A program made the translations under genes and the position numbers. From Trichoplax adhaerens (Eukaryota; Animalia; Placozoa): a stretch of DNA of 64,000 nucleotides. This document shows positions 50,600-64,000 of the stretch, piece after piece. Where the stretch lies: positions 529,922 through 593,921 of the forward strand of contig NW_002060966.1 of assembly GCF_000150275.1 (NCBI RefSeq), given 5' to 3'. The notes under the pieces were generated by a model. That model searched no databases. It was not told the origin of the DNA and saw nothing but the letters and a program-made list of their open reading frames with translations. Positions within the stretch are counted from its first letter, which is position 1, and every line of letters begins with the position of its first letter.

Positions 50600-52716
50600 A
50601 TGGCAATGAATTTACTCTTCTTCATTTTAATACTGTCAGCTTTACTTTGGACATCATGTAGTAAGTTTAAAGATTGGCTTAGCCAATGCAATGTTTTTGT
50701 TAATTTCTAATAATATAAATATTCAGTCTTACTAGCTTAATAGATCTTACGATGAATCTAACTTCTTTTGCCCAATCAGATTCAGTAACACTTACAACTA
50801 TGCCTCCAGGCGGTAAGTAAATTGTGAATTTTGGGATTATTACTTGTATAGCAAAACACTAATTCTTTCAATTACAGTATTTATTCTTAGTTCTTCGTGC
50901 TAACATGAATTATTCCTTACGTAGCCTTATCTACAAATTCAAGTAATTTGCATGCGCGCTTGGTAGATACTAACGCCACGTGTGCATCCTATGAATGGTA
51001 TCGTAACACATCAAATGGCCAGGTTGTAGCTCAGCAAACCTCTCACTGTTATTCAAGTAAGCAAAAATTTCATCAAGATGCAGCCAATACTTCAATTAAT
51101 AAATAGTTGTAGCTGAAATCGACATCAGTTGATATGATGAAACATAAGTCGACGCTTAGCTATTAAGGTCCATGACAAGGCTTAAATTATGAAAATGAAA
51201 TGTAATACTCGTACTTTTTCGTGATACTTATTACAACTATTATACAAGTAGATGATTAATATATTGCAACAAAGATATAGTAAAAATCAAAATTTGTTAG
51301 GTATAGAGATTAAGATTCATTATACCAGTTGATTGATATGAGGATATATAAACGGGAGTAAGAATAGCTTTAAGATATTGCGTTTTATAGTATCTAGCCT
51401 GCCTGTTCTATAGTAGGATCGTATAATGATATTTTTAGCAGCATCTAATATATCTATTCTACCTTAAATCTGTGAACTACATTCGCTCTGTGAGTGTTAC
51501 ATAGTTTCATAGATTTTGGAAAATAGAGCTATTTCAGTTAAAATTAAAAATCTTATTTAATTTATTTTCATACTTATTTCATTTGATAACTGTTGATGTT
51601 AACAATTAAAGAATAGGATACACTTTATGAAATTATGAAACTGTATGCAGATAATTGAGCTAGCTATGATAGAACATTCTTATTTTTAGAAAATATCATT
51701 GATAGCTATTGCTAAATCGAAAATTTTAATATGCAACATGTAGAAATTTTCCACTATTAAATGTTTAATACATTGACGTATTTCAGATCGCTGTAATGTC
51801 ACATTCCACCAGTCATCGGGCACCTTTACTAGTCCTTACTATCCACTTAGATATATGCCAGCTTTCTGCACCTATACTATCAACGCACAAAGTGGCAACA
51901 CTATCACCATTAACTGGCAAAAATTTAATGTTGGAGTAGCGGCATTATTTGGAAGCTGCTTACCTGATAGTGTTACGGTTTATGACCAATCAACTGTGTC
52001 TCCATTAAGTAAAAGTGTACTATGCGGTAACATGAGTCAAACCAGTTCATTCACGTCTAAATCAAATAAAATTATTATTGTTTTCAAAAGCATATCAAAT
52101 CGCCATTTTAATGGCTTTATGGCCAACTTTAAGACCAATGGTCTGGCTTCACATCAAAATCATCACTCGCTAGCTACTGTTATCCCAAGTAAGAATTGCA
52201 TGGCGATACTTTAATTGCAAATATCGACTTTTATTCTACAATTCAAAGATATCAATGAATACTGAAATGAATTAAGTTGATACTATAAATTCATTCTATT
52301 TTGATTTATATCCTGATAATAAGCAACTGGTGGTCAAATCTATACTCAGGTTAAAAGTATCAATAAAACCTGTAAATCTATTCAATGGTATTTTAATACC
52401 CCCCATGGAAAGCATATAGTTCGGATTTTACTGGAATGTGTTAAATGTAAGAAAATCAGGCTTAAAATATTGATTTTATATAATATAAAAATACGTAGCT
52501 TGATAATATATTTTTCAGCTATTGCTGTTGTTTCTTTGCTAATGTTGGATGAATAATTTTCCTTTACTTGCTCTAGTTACCGTTACCTTGCCAACATGGG
52601 CCATAGTAATGATTGGCATTGGCATTGGTTTTGTGGCAATAACAATATTTTGCTGCTTCTGTGCCAACTGCAGTATGATTATCAAAGGAAAGTGTCTAGG
52701 TTATAGAAAGATGTAG
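50600..52716 (+). CDS. CUB gene 5: signal peptide-linker-novel Cys module-CUB-novel Cys module-TM-tail ending GYRKM; exons 50600-50660, 50780-50812, 50925-51056, 51787-52188, 52324-52446, 52577-52716
   Basis: MAMNLLFFILILSALLWTSC; CNVTFHQSSGTFTSPYYP...FNGFMANF; TM LPTWAIVMIGIGIGFVAITIFCCFC; all junctions phase-1 GT-AG. Confidence 0.87.
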
Positions 52717-54029
52717 TGCTTGGGTTTTACAACCCCTTACTACTCTAATTAGCTGAAACTACTATAAAGAATAAGGAGAAAAGATCCAGAATAGGCGAAA
52801 TAGTTATGTATAAAATAATACATGCTAATCTTGGAATCTTTACATTCTCTAAAATGGTAGCAGAATGCTTTACGACTTCAAAAATTGCCATTTAATCAAC
52901 TAAACTTACCCAATCTTTAGATACCGTAAACCTTTATTTCTTAGTGAAATACGTAGAAAATTTAGCAGATACTGTAGATTGAAATTTTTCCTATCATTAT
53001 AAAACGGTTGCTAGCTATACTCTATTTTTATTTTTTAGATAAACTACATCGATACCTTAATGTTATAGATATAGTGATCGTTAAATGCTATAATAAGAAC
53101 GACATGTACTCATATTGTTTCTATCACTTTTAATTAAGACCTGTTTCTTTATCGTTTGACTAACTTATCCGATTTTTTTACAATATATCCCGATAAATTG
53201 CAACTGTTTAAGTAGATAATAGCGATATTTTGCATCATTGTTTGTATAATTATTATATGTCCGTATGTTAAGTAACATGTTGGTTTTACTTGAGCGATAA
53301 AAACAATCGTTTCGTAAGCTTTGATTTTAATAAAAAATATTTTCGCCTTTATACATTTCACAATAGACCATCTATTTTAACCTACTTCTATGGCTCGCAT
53401 ATAACATAACATAAATAATTCCTGGTGCAAGTAAGAATTTATGGTCGTTATATTGTTATACATTTAGCTTTCAGTATAGATAAGTTTTAGCTCTTGTTGG
53501 CTTGAGATTCTAGCTAAGGTGTCGGTTAATGTAATCAACTTAAGCGTAACTAATCATCATGGCCATTCTAACTACCTCAATAAGCCTTTACATTTGATGG
53601 AAATGTCATTTTGCAAATCATCGCTTGATGGCAGACGAAGAGTATCTGCCGAACGACTTCTGGAAATTTATTTGCGTTGCAGAAACTTGATGCTAGAGCC
53701 AATAAGAAGATTAGTGGGAAAGAGCACTTTGTAATCCAGATTGAATCACATTGTACTTAGCCATAACGACTTGAAATTATGTAATTGATAGATCTTTGAT
53801 CTAAATGTAAGTGAGGTCAGATTATATAGCTGCCATTCGCAGATCTGAGACATTAGCAATCACTAGATAGGAATAAACTCGAGTACTCGAACATAAAGCA
53901 TTAATATGTTTGGCTATATTTCACGGCTTCTTAAAGTTGTAATTATCTCAATTCCTTCATTCCCGTAATGCATTTTAAAGCAATAATAAAAAGCATTTAT
54001 TATTTATTCAAATACATCCTTAGCAGTCC

Positions 54030-55320
54030 TATTAAAAGCTTGATCCTGTTATTCTATAGCATAGAAACTGATATCAAGTTATATAAAGTTTAGAGATCTC
54101 CTTGAAAGACATTTAAATTTCATCGAATAACACTTGCACTAAATTAAAGTCATGAATTGTACATTTCTGTAGTATCTGTTACAGCGCAATCTATCAACCT
54201 CCCATAATTACATCCACTTTAAGAGCTTGATACTGCTGTTCTGTAGTAAAGAAACCAATATCAAGTCCTATAGAGCTTAGAGATCCCCTTAAAAGACATA
54301 TAAAATTCATCGAACAGTTGTACTAGATCAACGCCATAAACTGTGCATTTCTGTAGTATCTGTTGCAGCGCAATCCATCAACCTCCCCATGTTTACATCC
54401 ACTTTAAGAGCTTGATACTGCTGTTCTATAGTAAAGAAACTAATATCAAGTCCTATAGAGCTTAGAGATCCCCTTAAAAGACATATAAAATTCTTCGAAC
54501 AGTTGTACTAGATCAACGCCATAAATTGTGCATATTGCAATTCTGCAGTATCTGTTGCAGCGCAATCCATCCACCTCCCCATGTTTACATCCACTTCAAG
54601 AGCTTGATACTGTTGTTCTATAGTATAGAAACCAATATCAAGTCATATGGAGCTTAGAGGTCTCCATAAAAGACATTTAAAATTCATCGATTCACAGTTG
54701 TACTAGATTAAAATCTTGAATTGTGCATTTCGTCAGTATCTATTGCAGCGCAATCCATCAACCTCCCTATGTTTACATCCACTTTAAGAGCTTGATACTG
54801 TTGTTCTATGGTACAGAAACCAATATTAATTCACATAAAGCTTAGAGATCCCCTTAATCTAGTACAACTGTTAATCGATGGATTATAAATGTCTTTTAAT
54901 CTTTTAAAGCCATGAATTGTGCATTTCGGCAGTATCTGTTGCAGTGCAATCCATCCACCTCCCCATGTTTACATCCACTTAAAGAGCTGGATACTGTTGC
55001 TCTATGGTGTAGAAACCAATATCAAGTCCTATAGAGCTTAGAGATCCCCTTAAAAGATTAAAAAACGTTTATAATCCATCGATTAACAGTTGTACTAGAT
55101 TAAAGCCATAAATTGTGCATTTCTGCAATTCTGCACTATCTGTTGCAGCGCAATCCATCCACCTCCCCATGTTTACATCAACTTTAAGAGCTTGATACTG
55201 CTGTTCTATAGTAAAGAAACCAATATCAAGTCGCATGGAGCTTAGAAATCCCCTTAAAAGGCACTTAAAATTCATCGATCAACAGTTGTACTAAGTTAAA
55301 GCCTTAAATTGTGCTTTTCT
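54030..55320. repeat. ~185-205 bp satellite, 6-7 copies, upstream of CDK8 paralogue B
   Basis: Anchor g(c/t)gcaatc at 54184, 54368, 54560, 54748, 54944, 55148. Confidence 0.95.
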
Positions 55321-55392
55321 TCAGCTTGAAGATTGCTAGACCTTCAATTGGGTTCGAAAATATTCCATACAACTCATGCGCCAATCACTCAC

Positions 55393-55633
55393 CTGTGGTG
55401 AAAAAGCAGTCCATTCTTGACTTGATTGAGTATCGACCCTTGACGATAAGGTTGTATCCCTATTTCTCATACCAGCAACCCTATCCCCATGGTCAGATGT
55501 TTGACTGGAGAATTGAGTGTATTTTGCGTCACTAGACTCATGAAGGTTAGCTTGTAGAATAGGTCCGGTAAAGACCCGTCAACCCATACTGAAGACTAGA
55601 AGAGGAGAAAAAATGGCCATAGAGTTTATTCAT
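55393..55633 (-). other. Candidate divergent spliced transcript (putative exons 55633-55590 and 55504-55393)
   Basis: On the minus strand: ATG at 55633, GTATGG donor, 85-nt intron ending ttctccAG, a second exon in matching phase and open, then a GTGAGT donor. No recognisable homology. Confidence 0.3.
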
Positions 55634-56026
55634 TGATGGCGCCCCGGCCTGAACACCGCAATTCCAACGGCCTGGTCATTTCTAGTCTAGCCTATAAGCT
55701 CTACAGTCATGAATGCGTAGTATTACTCACTATGTATGGAGGATTTATCAAGGTTGTATAAGGCAACCGCGGGCCTAAAGCCTTGGCGATATTCTTCCTA
55801 TCATTTCCTATCCTATTAGTCCTTGAAAATCAGCCATTAAAAGCATTAAAACATCATTTATCCTTTATCCTTTAGGTTTATATTGATCCATTATTCAAAT
55901 TGGCTGTTACTAGATAGCCAGATTGAGTAGTTAGACCAGTAAGAAAGAAATCACTTGGCGTATGCAGATTTGTTGTTGTGTGTTGGCGAAAGGATGGAGA
56001 ACGAATGAGCAAGCGAAAGACGACGT

Positions 56027-62521
<6,495 letters not shown>

Positions 62522-64000
62522 AATCTTTGAACTATGAGTATATTGATATATCATTATCAATGTTGCTGATTCAAAAATTATCAGACTATATCGCAATCCC
62601 AATATGATATTCTAACTTGATGTTACTTGGATAATTTTTTTCAACGGAGCACCACTGGTGCGAACGTTCAGTATATGATATTACAACTAGTATCATAATT
62701 CCAACTGTTTTATATTCGCACACTAAGGTTCATCTTTTATAATTTCTTTTTGTATAATATTAAGCGAGAAATTGTTGTTTCATAGGCTATTTTTATTATT
62801 TTTGTTAAGGATATGGTTAGGTATTGCAATATCTCAATTTCAGTGCGTATAGGAACCGGTTATCCAATCTATAGGATAAAATTTACTAGCTATGTATTTC
62901 TGATGTGTTACTAGATATATCGTATCAAATTATTTTATTCCAATATCAGAACTAAGAAATAAAATTAAGAAATATCACTCATTTTATTATTCCTGTTTAG
63001 CTAAATATTCTTTCCAAGTAACTAATTATCACCCATGCATTGCTAGAAAAACCGCAACCAAGATATGACCCATTATGCAGATAATATCGAGTTACTGCAT
63101 AGTAAGTTGAGTACACGCTAATAACTATTTGAAACTGTACTTCCGTATTAAGAAGATAATTACTGCATGAAAAAGTAACAAGTGTAAACAATTCGTTAAC
63201 GACGAAATAATGTCATTGAAAAAAAAACGAGTGATCTAATTCAGAATGCAGCTTGCATATCAAAATAATCCTTTTAAGTAGAATATGATATGCACAAATA
63301 CTAATTTTAACATAATACAATATGTTATATATGTTATAATTACCAGACGTACATCAACCATTAAATACCTCGGGTCATAACTTCAATGCAGTGAAGTGTC
63401 TCAAAATCAGCACCACGAGAACTACGATTTCTTGTTATCTTCACTTCAATCACATGCATTATTTTGTATTAAGGAATATCTGCACCTGTATCTCTGCAGC
63501 AACGAAAGAAGCTACCGTTTGCATAATAGAGTGTATAAGAACTAGCTCATAGGTTAAAGGAAATAAAGTAATAATATTATGAAGCTGTTCGTTAGTAGTA
63601 TTTGACTGAAAAATCGCGATCACGGTAACAGTTCCATGTCATGCTAGAAAGTTATTTATATGCACAGTAGTGTGATAATCTAGCTGTGAATTTTGTTTTA
63701 CTGGAATATTTTGTGTAAAGCACATTCCTATTAATTTGAGCAGGTATTCAACTAGCGTAAATTTGTAAAAGCATGAGTGAATGCAGTGCGGAAATTATAA
63801 CGAGTTTGAGTATTTCATAATTATACCTCATGAACAAGCTTTCTATCCATAAGCCACAAGCACGATCTACTTATTTTGGGGTACAAGTAATCATCTATTA
63901 ACCTTTGAACATAATATTTCAATAGATTGTTATAATACATACTGCTATCGTCTTTTGCAAATTGCATTTAATTAGATACTTATTATAATTTCGCAATCCG

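Noticed and set aside
20773-52716. Interpretation as a single cubilin- or tolloid-like gene
   Set aside because: Five separate signal-peptide exons and five separate terminal anchor exons with stop codons; no EGF or astacin exons.
55069-55535. ORFs 55069-55275 (-) and 55311-55535 (+)
   Set aside because: The first is translated satellite. The second has a non-ATG start and no recognisable features.
63001-63068. Possible extra last exon of CDK8-B
   Set aside because: It would need a phase-1 donor in exon 12, and I found none before the in-frame TAA at 62519-62521.

Overview
Strongly AT-rich animal genomic DNA with many short GT-AG introns. The style suggests a compact early-branching metazoan such as a placozoan, but that is inference. 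The ORF track only catches exon fragments, so gene models were assembled by hand from splice sites and reading phase. All confident genes are on the + strand: the 3' part of CCDC81 (597-3872); an intronless, bacterial-looking GNAT acetyltransferase (8402-9238) with a decayed sister fragment; and two complete, diverged CDK8/19 paralogues (14437-~18532 and 56027-~62521) with matching exon structure. The two kinases bracket a tandem cluster of five small cell-surface CUB-domain genes (20773-52716). The main finding is in this cluster. Four of the five genes carry an unrecognised ~40-aa single-exon module (N-x-[ST]-C-x4-W-Y-x2-[TA]-[PS]-x-G-x9-C, five copies, invariant C-x21-C) shuffled around CUB domains that lack the calcium-binding signature. 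Three genes end in a C-terminal YxxPhi sorting motif and one ends in a GPI-type tail, which suggests a lineage-specific endocytic or scavenger receptor family. Intergenic DNA holds several hairpin-containing tandem arrays, a sixth CUB locus whose coding region has been deleted, and a TTAA-bounded micro-inversion.
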